NCBI GenBank assembly: GCA_964106915.2
Contig: OZ066914.1
Direction: 5' to 3' (one strand)
DNA from: Podarcis gaigeae
Lineage: Eukaryota
Length of the DNA stretch: 64,000 bases
Position 1 is the stretch's first letter. Each line of letters opens with the position of its first letter. The notes under the pieces are model-generated. The model saw only the letters and a list, made by a program, of their open reading frames with translations, did not search any database and was not told the DNA's origin. Positions 28,001 through 40,607 of this stretch are shown here, in pieces. Both the position numbers and the translations under genes were made by a program.

Positions 28001-31000
28001 AGGATCCAGATCAGTTAATTCTGAATAACATGTGCATGACATGTGCGTGAAATACTCTTGTTTTTCCCTGGCAATGTTCGCATGCCATGTTAAACCATGG
28101 TTTAAGCATTATGTGGATAAGCCTTCCTGAGCTCAGAGCGCCAGGCTTCTGCATTTCCCCCCTCCCCTCACTTGTGCAGCAAGGATGAGGACTTCTGCTG
28201 TGTTATCTTTGCTGCTTACCATTGCATATGAACCAGAGGTCCTGGTTTAAAACAAACAATACAGCAATTAGTTACACATGCAAACTTCATAATCCATGGT
28301 TTGAAGTTGACTTGTTCAGAAACTAATCATGCGAACTGGGCCACAGTGTTTATGGTGAGCTTCTTCATCATTCTTCTTTGCTTCAGACTCAAAAACTATT
28401 TTCTGATACATCAAAGTAGTTCTCCTGTTAAGAGTAGTATGTTTGTCATAAAAGTTTAATAGTGTCATTTAAATCCTTTAACGCTGCTGTGGCTATCAGG
28501 TGTTTTGCTTATAGAAGGAATATAGTGTTAAGCCTGCACATTTAGGCAAATCTATAGCCATTCATATTATAGTAAGCCGTGATAAGCCAGTGGGCTGGAT
28601 AGGTATCTGCATTCATTTCTAATTTCATTTTCTGAATGGAGTAGATGCCATATGAAAAAGTGGGGGAGTATTCAAATTAACTGTTGCATTGGTCACCCTG
28701 AAACCAGCATGACGTCGTAGCAGCGGTGAAGGGTTTGACTTGACAGTCCACAGTTTCATTTCATTAAACCACGTGTTGTGCTTGCTGCTAAACAAGTTTG
28801 TTCTTGCTAGTCTGCCACTTCCTCAGCTACCTCTTGCTCCTTCCATTCTCTCTCCTCATTTGTGTCTAGATACTAACTGTGCCTCATCCCATTCCCCAAA
28901 CCAATCCAGGCCCCATGATGCTGGTGACTGCTGTCAACGTGGTGGAAGTGCATGGAACGCGTGGTCCCCACCCTCGGCCCACTCAGTGGATAGACACCAC
29001 TACCGTGACTTTGTCCGTGACCGCAATGTGAAGAATGCAGGAATGTACAGACAGGCTTTTGGTTCTGGTGTCCAAACCTCTGTGACTGACCTGTAGGACT
29101 TTTGACCTTTAGGAAGCCTTGATTGTTCCCTGTGACACCCTGGAACTTTGAAGGACAGGAGAAGACATCTTTTAAAAATAATTAACCTATGTGCTGAAAC
29201 ACCTAAATATGAAGGAATAGCTTTCTAGGTATTTCTCTTTCCACTTAAGAGAAAATATCTTAAGTTTTTTTCTTAGTGGAAGAAAGGTTTAAATAGCTTC
29301 CTTGGTTATAACAAAGCTGCATATTCTAACCATAGAAACTATATTTTGTTCTCAAAGCGTTTCAAGTAAGCTACCATGAGCGGTTTAATTGTGCCTGACA
29401 TGATCTTTTAACTGTTTTATATTTTTTAAAAATAGAGGAGATGGCAACTGGCAGGTGAAGGCTGCTCCTTTTTAGTTCTTCTGCACTTTTAATTATGTGC
29501 CTAACTGGATATTAAATAGAATTATACTTTTGATATTAAAAATAAAAAGCTTTTAAGGAAACCTGAAGGACCTCCAAGTAGGTTGTCTGAGAGTGTCTTT
29601 CTGAGATGTTTTGCTTGAATGCAAAAACCTGTTCAATTGTGTTTCTTGGAAAAGCATGTCAGCTTGCCAGTATCCTTATTGGTGTGACCAGTTCAGGTTG
29701 GATGATGTAGCTGCATGTGACCAGTTTTCTTCTGCTTTGAAAATGCTAGTTCAACAATGCAGTAACAGCAAAAACAAAGAGGTGCCTCTCTGCAATCTCA
29801 GGGGCTAAGAATCATGAGCCATTTACATCTCCTTCATTACTCCCTTATCTTCTTTGGAAGAAAAATTGTTCTGCAGCCTTCCCAGCTTCCCACATGTCAG
29901 TTTGAAGTCCATGACTAGATAATTCATCCCTTAGAGCTTTTCTAATTTGAAGGCACAGGCATTTAGGAGGCTGCAGAGCACTGGAAAAATGTTTACTATA
30001 AAGAAAAACACAGAAAACTAAAACCAGCTTGCAACAATAAACTAAGTTCAATCCTGCACCACAAAATTCTAAAGAAAACAGAAGCCTCTTTTGCAAGGGA
30101 AGAAAAATTAGGAGGGCACAGATGTTGGCACAGCTCTACTTTGCACTGCATAGATGCAATGTTAAATCACCTAGAAGGGTTGTATAGGGTTTATTTGTAG
30201 TCACTCCATTGAAATGTCAGGCGATGCATAGCAATGATTGCTCTGGATTAGAGAAGCTTGGAGTTAAACAATAACAAAGCTTAAAAACAAAAGTTGAAAA
30301 ATAACCAGCTTTATCAAGGTACACTTCCTTGTGGTTATTTGGTATATATGACGGGTATTGTAAGTCACTTAAAGATAAATAAACATTAAAAGGAGTCCAG
30401 GACATCTAAGCCAAGTCAGTTACTAGCCTCACTTTTTGCCAGCCCCTAGAGGTATCAAAAGACTTAAAAAGAGGCTCATGCTGCCCTGAGCACAGGGCAG
30501 GGTTGGATTAGAAAAATGTGTCCCTCTCCCAAATCCTGCTACCCTCTGCTCTCAGTGTTACACTGCCTATGTGGAGCTCCCTCTTCCATTTTGTTAGGGG
30601 GATCTCTACTTATGGAAGCCCACAGACAATCCCTAAATGGAGCATTCCAGGAAGGGGGGCTGAGCTGACCCAAAATCTTCTGGATCTCAACATGGGCCCG
30701 CTGTGATCACTTGATGCTTTTGCCTGCCTTCTGCCCAGGCCAGTTTAAGTGATGTGGCTGTGTACACACTTGCAAACTGCTCATCATCATGATTGGAAGA
30801 GGGAGACGTTGTGAAACATAGGAACCTTAGAGGCTACAACACATCATTTCCCCATCCTGAATGGAAGCCTGCGCACACAGCACAGAATACTTTCTCAACA
30901 TTTGTTAAGTAGGGTGCATTCTAAACGTACTGTATCTCACAGGTCTTAAAACCATTCGGCCGCCACCTCTTTGGCGCATACCTCTTTATATGTGTGGATC

Positions 31001-34000
31001 GGGGCACTAATTCAAACATGGTGTTAGAAATGTACTAGAAAAATCACATCTCGTTTTGTTTCCTAATATCAGTCAGTCATGGTGGACATGATGCATATAT
31101 TGTGGTCAGATGTTCCCTCTTTCACACACACTATTATGGTTAGCATAGCACTTTGTGTATCTTTGCCGGCTACAGGATGTTCTCCTCCCTGTTAACTATA
31201 CTGTGCATTCTCTTGCGGGGAGAGTGCACTATAGTTTGGGGACCACAGCACTACAAGGTAATGTATTAATCTCCATTTTGTGAAAATCAACGAATGAAAT
31301 GGAAGTTGAGAACCAGTGAAATCAATAAAGCAGCCTAACTTCTTAGATTGTTTTCTATGGGAGAGCAGCAGTTCTCTTCATCACAGAAGATAACTTCTTT
31401 CCCATTCCACCCTCTGGGTCTCCTCCCTCCCTACTCCCCACCTACATAAAATGTGGCTGAGATCTGCAAGTTATCCACCCCAGACTTGCACAAAGCTTTG
31501 GTGAGAATTGCACTAAAGATTTGGGTTGGGATGTCATCAATATTCTGATGACACTTGGCTGCATCTTTTGTGTACATGTTCTGATTCCAGAGCAGTGGTG
31601 TTTCTGAAAATAGTGATTAGTATCAGAACTAAAGTGGATGGGGGCAACCAAACTTAAAGCAGACATGATAGCAGTCCTGTTGCTTAGAGGGTCTGGAAGT
31701 ATGAGAGTAAGCTGCTCTGGATAATGTTCCAGTCTCTTAGAGATCAGGTTCACAAGTTGCATTTGCTTCTGGATGTCCCAAGTGGTGGGGGTGCTTTTTA
31801 TCAGCTTTAGTTTGTATACCAGCGATTACTGGTTTTTTTCAAGTCCTTTGCCCGCAGATTGTATGCCATGTATAGTCTCTGTGCTATTAAAAAGTGGAGA
31901 AATTGGGTGGGTGGGACATACAGATGAATTATGCATAATGATCTACAGCAGTTGAGTGGATCTGACATTTGCTGCTGCACTGCAACATGCGCAGGTAAAC
32001 TGGGTCAAGCAACCATTAAAAATAAAAGTAAAGATGGCAGGGATGCCCACCCCTTCCAGTGCATAACCACGTCCTTTTTCTTTCCCCACCTTCTGCAGGT
32101 TGGAGAATGAGCTTCTGAAACAGGAACCTTTTGTACTATTTGGCTTCCCATAAGATTTAGAACCCTGGATAATCAAAGTTCTAAGTCATGGGGGGAAACT
32201 CCATGAGTACAGGATCTCCCTGCTTTAAAAGTTTGCCCTCATGCACCAGAGGGCATAGAGACAGATGGTATGGAACCTTTGGCCCTCCAGACATTGCTGA
32301 ACTGCAAGCATGACCAATGGCCACATGTGGTGGGAGCTGGTAGTTCATGAACATCTGAAGAGCCAAAGCTTCCCCACACCAGGGGATAGAGTTTCGAGCC
32401 TTCCCTTGCTCTCCTTAGCTGTTTGTTATATGAAGAAACTGAGCAGCCAAATAGAGTCAGTGAAGAAGGTTTTTCTTTGATACATGGTAACTTCATGAGA
32501 TGATCATCATGAAATGTAATCAAAGGTTGCAGTTTTCCCAGTCTAGGATGGGGAGGGTATTATAGTAAGGGTGGTGTTTTATCGTGTGTATTTGGGAAGA
32601 GTGCTGCAGGAAAATGGAAGTGGAAGATGTTACCGCAATAATTATTGTGACATGAAGAGTAAAAGAGAAGTGCTGTGTACTAAAGATTGTAAGGAGGATG
32701 AACAGAACACTTCCATTCTATTTCTTAGAATTGTTGTTGTTGGCATCAGTCTATCTTGAAAGACAATGGAGCGCACCTCTGGGGGCAAAGCCAAACCGCC
32801 AGAGAATCACAGCTGTGGCTGTGGCTGCAGTAACTACTGCCTCCTACATTGTTTTTGCTGTGTTAGCAGCACCAAAGTGATCTCTCCAGGGCGCAAGCCT
32901 GGGCGGTGTGTATGGACGTCTTGGGACAACATTAATTACATAAGATTGCCATCTGTATCCAGATCTTTTAAAAACAACTGTGAAAAAGCATCTGCATTAT
33001 TAGCATGCCAGCTTCATTACAGATCAGGAAAAGCGCACATCAGTGGTTGCCAAATTGGAGTGCTTTGTTTAAAAATGCAAATAATCACTTGCTTAGGTGT
33101 TCGTGGTTTGCCTAACAGGAAAAGGTGGGTACCACAAGAATGTTCACATTCTAGAAAATAATTGTGTAATATCTGAGAGGGCCTCAGTCATAGATAGCAC
33201 GGTGTTATGCTATTTATTTAAAGGATTATACTCTGCCTGGAGGAAAAAGCCCTCTCAAGGTAGCTTACAGAAATCTTTAAAAGCACATGCAAATGCCTGA
33301 CCAATCCATACACTTTGTGATTTTTTAATTTTATTTTTAATGCTGGGTTGGAGCTTAAGGAGCCCTGCATAGCACACAGCAGAAGGAGGGAACCCTTTTT
33401 CAGCTTGAACACCACATTTCCTTGTTGGCAACTTTTGGGGGCGCTGCATGGTGGATGGGGCAGAGCCATAGGTGAATGGATATGACCCTTCTCTTTTCTA
33501 GTCATGCAGAAGTCAGAGGTTTCTGAGCACTCATCTCTCTATCCAGGCAAGTAAGAGGCATTGTCTCAGTTCAAGGACTTCATTCCAGCAAAGCAAAAGG
33601 ACTTAGGGAGGGCCTAGATCAAAAACGGTGTGGGTTGTCCTGAGGGCTGCATCAAGAGGCTCCTAGGCCTAAAGTTCCCCACCCTTGCTGCAGAAGCTTG
33701 CTTTGGTTTGTGCCTAAAACCTTGTTTCCTTTTCATATCCCATGTAGTGTGCCGCTGATTGTTGACTTACTGGATAACAAGGAATTGTTGGAAACTTGTA
33801 TTGACAATACTACTGATTTTCCTCCTGCCGGAGGGTCAGCTGAAGCTTTGGAACAAACGGGTCTTGGCTTCACTCCTCTTGGCACAAAGGAGCAACCCTC
33901 CGACAAGGCGGATCCTGTTGGTAAGGAAATGCCTGGTAGAATGGGAATTATTGGGACATTTAAAATACCTGCTTACTTGTCTGTGATACTGCAAAGTATC

Positions 34001-37000
34001 TGATGTGTATCTGGAAAGTATCTGGAACGCTGTAACGTTCAACATGGATTGTGATCCTTCCTAACCTACCAACGTGAGCTTATCTGCAACAGACCACAGT
34101 TCTTAACAAAACAGTAGGATTTCCAGATGCTTCTAGCTGGTGCATATGCAATACTCATGTATGGCTGCACAGACAATGTTAAAAAAGCAGATAAATTACA
34201 GAATTACAGAAAAGTGTAATCCTGGTTTTAATAATTGACAGAAATGACAAAAGATTTTCAGAGCGCCATTCCAGTCTTAGGTTGACTTACATCCTATCTC
34301 TATTTGAGCAGGTGAGGATGCATCATTGAAACTCAAGCGGCTGGAAGCAGAACTCAACCCTTTGCTGGTTTCCCAGTCCAACATAAACATCAACAAACAG
34401 GTACTGAGTGTTCATTACTCCCAAAGTTACTGAGTGTAAAGTTTAGGTTTCAGTGAAATTTGTTACTTTCCTGCTCTTTAGCCCTGCCTATATTCTGTTT
34501 TTGGAAAACCCCTGTAAAAGCTGACTAGATGCATGTGTGAATCTGATAGAAATTCTCTGGGATCTTCCTGAATAACCTAGACTGGTTTACAGTCTGAGAG
34601 GTAGCAGTTGGCACCATATCTTGTTGGGAATACAGCTCCTTTAATTGAGAACAGATTTCCTCCTAAGACAGACAGCTTCTTGCAGGACAATTTCAGCCCC
34701 AAGGAGTCTCCATGCTAGCGCATGAGAAAAACTCCAGGTTACTGGCTCCCTGACCAAACAGAAGAACTAAGTGCATTTCCCTGAGTGATGTGGAGCTGAA
34801 CATCTGCTCCCACTCTGAGGCCCAGGCCATGTTCTCTAAAATATTTTTTTTTAAGATATTTATTAGAATTTTCAATATTAATACAATAAAAATCAAAAAG
34901 AAAAAAATAACAAAAATACAAAATACAAAAGTAAAAATAATTAAAAACACACAAAGTTTCCATAACTTGTTTTCCTTTAACTTATTTCCCAGACCTCCTC
35001 ATACCTCCCTTTTTTGTATTCCAATTCAAATTGTTAGTTCAGCAAATCCTTATCAATAAACTTCAACCTGCTTCTAAACCTTTTTTTCCATATTCTCTTA
35101 AAACATTACAGCTGGAAACCAGTTAATTTCTATCCGACATCGTTCTAACATTCACTAATTTTGCAATATTTCTGTAAATAGTCTTTGAATTTCTTCCAAT
35201 CTTCTTCCGCCGACTCTTCTCCCTGGTCATGTTCTCTAAAATAATTCACATGCAACAATCCATCTTAGCAGCATCAAGGAAATACTGTATGCGCTGACAA
35301 GGTCCACTAGATGCCAGCAATTCATGGGAACACAGGGGATATTTTTTCGTTCCCTGTGCTCATGCAAGTCACCATTAGAAACTTTTGGGGTTTCAGCAAT
35401 TCACAACACACTTTTTTCTTTTGCCTGGTTTGGTGGGGATTTTGGTGTTTTAAGTCTACAAACAAGCATGTTAATGTGACCCTTGTCATCCAGCTGCATG
35501 CATACCTTCTGCAACCAACAAACAGATTATATCAATGGGGGAGAGGGAAACTAACATCATATTCCTCCTCCACTGTTCTTGGAATCAACTCCAGCACAGA
35601 ATCTTCTTTCTTCTAGCTAGCAGTGATAATGAAGGAAAGCCTGTGACTAGTTACTCCTCCATCATTCCTAGATCTAGCTAAAACTCAACAACAGCAGACA
35701 GAATCCTGCATGGCCTTCTAATCATTTAATTGCTGTGAGACCACCGTGGGAGCCAATTTTTGGTTGAAAAGCAGGATGAAAAGGCAATGAGCTAATAAAT
35801 AATGGGTCTTTTTTGCTCGCTCTTTAGTTGGCAGGAGTAGCAGAGCATTGTAGCTTACTGAGAGTATTGAGGAACATGCAGGTCCTCATGGTTGTTTCTG
35901 TTTTCTGGCCTATGTTGAAGCACCTCACAAGGAGAAAGTAGTTACTTCTGAATGCTCACGTTTTCCTCAATGGCTTTCATCTGCCTTGTGCACAGTTCAT
36001 GGCTAGTGTATTATAAAGATTACAGAGTCTGTAAGAAGATTAGCCTTGGGGTTCTTTTCTGATGGCTCTTCCTCATAAACAGAAGTAAACACACTCAATC
36101 CTGATCAGTGTCTAAGTCTGTTTTTTATTGTGCTTCAGCTTTAAAAAATGAAGAAAACAAGTCCTCAAGTGATTAAGGAAATAAAGGTGTCTCAAACGAT
36201 AATTAAACTAAAAATATGCGGACCCCCATGAGTATAAGTTATTTGTTCAACTTGTGTATTCAGTTTATATTAACAAACAAATGCCATATGAATAGAACTA
36301 ATGATTTTGTGCATGTTGGTACTTGCTTAAACTAGGTTCTGTGTTAGGGAGTCTTACACTGTGATTAAAAAGTGTGGAGGGTTATAGCTGCCTTTGCATA
36401 ACTGATGTGTGGATTTTTCAATATCAGACTATCCTATGCAGGGAACCCTTAAATCCAGAACAGATCACCATGTACTTAACCTGTTTTGTTACCATTAAAT
36501 GCATTCTTTTAAGAGTGCCAAGTTATGTTTTCTTTTCCTCAGTGAAGGTGCAACTCATTTAAGCTTTATAAATCATCATTTCCTTTGCACCCAGAAGCAC
36601 AAAGTAACACAGGAACCCTGTGTTACAAAATGCTTACAAAATTGTGAATTTAATGCTCATATACAATAATGCAGATGTGGCCTAACTTAATTGTAGCTTT
36701 TAAACTTTTTAGAAAAGTTTTTTTGCAGAAATGCTTGTATGTTTTATTTCATATTGTACCTTTTCCCATAGGCTGGGGGTGGCTCCACAGCCATTTGTAG
36801 CGCCTGTCCCTCACTGCTCAACTTATTTCCTTCCCACACTAACCTTAACCCTCCTTATGTACAAAATATTCATATAGCAAATAAGCAATTGTACCCGAGG
36901 GCTAAAACTTGCTAATTTTCTGGACTTCTCAAAATGGTTTAATATTTTACTATTACTTATGATAGCATAATGTAGGGATAATGCTGAAGTCTTGTGGGAG

Positions 37001-40000
37001 GACAGACCTTCCAACAAGCTCAGCAACAAGATGAGAACCACGAACCATTGGCTCTCTATTTAGCTGTAGAGGTTTTATCTCACTGCAGTGGGTCCTATAA
37101 CTTCCCCCCCCAATGGCATTCTGAAATACCTTCAGATTCCTTTCATAAACTGATGATGCAAATAGTTTAAAATTCAGTTTGCTTTGCCAGCATTTATTTT
37201 CTTGCGTTAGGACGGCAGTGAAATATTTTGTTGGAAAATAATCTCCCTGTTTCATGTTTGAAACTGTAGTATGAATGGCCCTATTCTTACAAGAGAGTTG
37301 CTGTTGTTTTTGGCAGCTTGCTGGACTGGAAGCTTGCAAGGTTGGCAGTGCCAAGATCTAGACAATCATGCTGGCACTGAAGGGAGCAATTAATTTCTAA
37401 ATGCACAGGCATTCCAGTTTCTTGAGTTTCTGGAATGTAGGGAACAATGCAAGTAAAACTTCATTAGTGATTTTTTAAAAAATGGTATTTTGTAAGATAG
37501 ATACTGAGCAGTAGGTGGAAAAAAGTAGCTTGAAAACATGACTAAACTCCATAAACACACCCACAGCTGGAGAAACACATCAGAACGACTCTGCTGCTCC
37601 TGGGACCAAGTCAGCTCTTCTGAGTCCTGCTTTCTCTCTGGAACCCTTTGTGGATGAGTTCACTCTTAAGGGCATTCTACAGGGGAGGGGGGAATTGTTC
37701 TATTGAAATCCAACTCTTGGAAGATCAAACAGCAGACAGATTAAATAATCTGGACTTTGCTCAGCAACCATTGTGTCTACAAATCACTATAATTCTGGTT
37801 GGAAGGCAGAAAGAAACCAGAGAGGCAAAAAGAATATTGCCTCTCCCCATTTGGACATCAAGAAGGAAGAGGAAGGAGAAGAGGAGGGAGCTCATTTGGA
37901 TAAAATAGTATCTTAACAGGAAATGGATTTTTAATGTGGAGGTAAAATTGGAAAATTACTTTTTGCTACAAGCATTTACAAAGTTTATGGGAATCAAAAA
38001 TCCCCCCCCCCTCACCCTGGCCCCAGTACCTTTTATTTTGTTTATTTATCAATACTTTATCCCACCTTTGCTCCCAAGTAGCTCAAGGCAGCATATACAG
38101 TTCTTTCTCCCTATTTTATCCGCACAACAATCCTTAGGTAGGTTAGCCTGAGAGACTGTGACTGGCCCAAGATCACCCAGTGAGTTTCATGGCTGAGAAA
38201 GGATTTAACCCTGGTCTCCCAGGTTCAACACTCTAACCACTATACCATACTCACTCTCTGTGTTTCCCTTTTTATCCCAGCTGTATACCTGCACTAATAA
38301 GCATGTGTTAATGAGCATGTGCCCCTCCGGTTTGGCTCTGGTTTCTTAATATAGTGTGTGTTCCAAAACATTAGCAAGCAGACCTTGTTCCTAGTCAGAG
38401 CTTTTGCAAAATGTTCCAAATTCTTTATACTGCAGTTGAAACCACACATCTCTGATTGCACAGGCTTTTCTCCAGTACACTATGTATTCAGTCCTGCTTG
38501 TCTGTTTGAAGCATAATTATTTACCTGTTCTGGTTTTGTGACCCCTGTTTGTGTGTCCTCTGTGCTGCTCCCGGTGGCTATTAATCTACCTAGATTCTCC
38601 CTAGAGAGATGCTGCTAATTAATGCACCTCTGTCACTTTGTAGCAGGAGGTGGTGAAGCTGACAGAGAAATGTCTCAACAATGCCATTGAGAGCCCAGTG
38701 AGTGCCTCTGTACGGCTGCCTCCAGACATCAAGAGCAACATTCTGAAGGCCCAGGCCGAGGCAGTGAACAAGGTAAGTGCTGTAATCCAAGCGTTTGCCA
38801 TTGTGATCAGTCAATGCACATTTCTGCAGTATTTTCTTTGAGTGACTTAGATCTTGCTAATATTCCTTGTGCCTGGTATGCAGATATTTTTTGTGGCTCC
38901 AGTTTTTGGAAAGCTAAGAAAATCCTGAGGGTGAAACTAATCTCTGTCAACTTGCGCCCTCCCACTTTCTGTCTGTGGCTCTCACAGAATATTGATGAGT
39001 AAAGCTTTCCATTGTAGATGGTGTGCAGACTTTTTCTTAGCAAGTGGTGGCTTTTTTTATTTAGCGTGAGAAAACCATACTTTGGCCCCTCACACCTTTC
39101 CACATGGTAGTGTAGTATTTTTCTTCTTTGCTGCTCCCCCATTATAAGTCACAGATGCTGCCACATAAAAAGTTGCTGCATTCTCTAATTCTCATTTCCA
39201 AAGCTGTCATTTTAATATTACTCAGGAAATTATATGTAACAGGCGCATTGTAGGATTCAGAGCCCAACTTGACTTTCAGATCACAAGTGATTGAATACGA
39301 ATAAGTACTTGGGGTCATAACTTGATGTGCTCATGCTATACAGAAGCATCAAAGTGAGATATCTCTGAATGCTAAGCAGGCTACAAGATACAGTATGGTT
39401 TTCTATCTCAGTATCCGTTCTGTGCAGCCTGGCTCCCTGCTGGTTTTGAAAGTGTAATAGTAATACTTTTGTTATTCAGGGCATTTGGAGATAGCTATGG
39501 GGAGTGAGTGATTTGTATCTGCCTGTTTTTGATGCAACTATTTTGACCTTGCTGTGTGGTTGGTGTTTTGTTTTTGTTTTGTTTTTTGTCTTTCTTTCTT
39601 TTATTTTGGAGCTTAGTATTATACTTATTTTGTATTGTAAACCACTTTAGAAACCCTAATAAGATGCAAAGGTGGTGTTTAAATTTTAAAATAAATATGT
39701 ATTGGGATACGTTGCCCATGTAAAATGGGACTGTTTCAGTTCTGATCATTAGAACTCTATTCGGTTTCCTTTTCACAGTAAGCATGTAGCCTGTCCTTGA
39801 CCTGTTGCAGAGGAATGGCCTTGCTTTTTATAAAATCATAAATCTCTGCAAAATTCTCAGTTTCTGAAGTGTTCTGTTATGTCTCTTTTCTTTCAGGTCA
39901 TGAGGGAGGACAGCATGTCTGGCAATAAGAACACCAACCTTCAAGATGCTGCTGGCAGGTATAGGCACTGAGGGTGAATTGTGCTGAGGGATTCAGGTAT

Positions 40001-40552
40001 AACTGTGCTCATGGCAGTGTGGGCAGTTTGCTTCAGTTACTCTGTGAATCAAGAAGCCACATGGGAAACGTTCCCATAAAATTGGAAATGGCGCTGTGGG
40101 TTAAAGCCTCAATGCCTAGGACTTGCCGATCGAAAGGTCGGCGGTTCGAATCCCTGCGGCGGGGTGCGCTCCCGCTGCTCGGTCCCAGCGCCTGCCAACC
40201 TAGCAGTTCGAAAGCACCCCCGGGTGCAAGTAGATAAATAGGGACCGCTTACCAGCGGTCCCTACCACGGCGTTTCCGTGTGCGGCTCTGGCTCGCCAGA
40301 GCAGCGATGTCACGCTGGCCACGTGACCTGGAAGTGTCTCTGGACAGCGCTGGCCCCTGGCCTCTTAAGTGAGATGGGCGCACAACCCCAGAGTCTGTCA
40401 AGACTGGCCCGTACGGGCAGGGGTACCTTTACCTTTACCTTAGTAGTTTAGAAAGACTACTATTTCTGTTGTTATCATGAATGCTTAATTTACAAGTAGG
40501 CTTGACTGCTTGTCCCTTGAATTTATGAACCCAATGAAAGTGCTTAGCCCTT

Positions 40553-40607
<55 letters not shown>

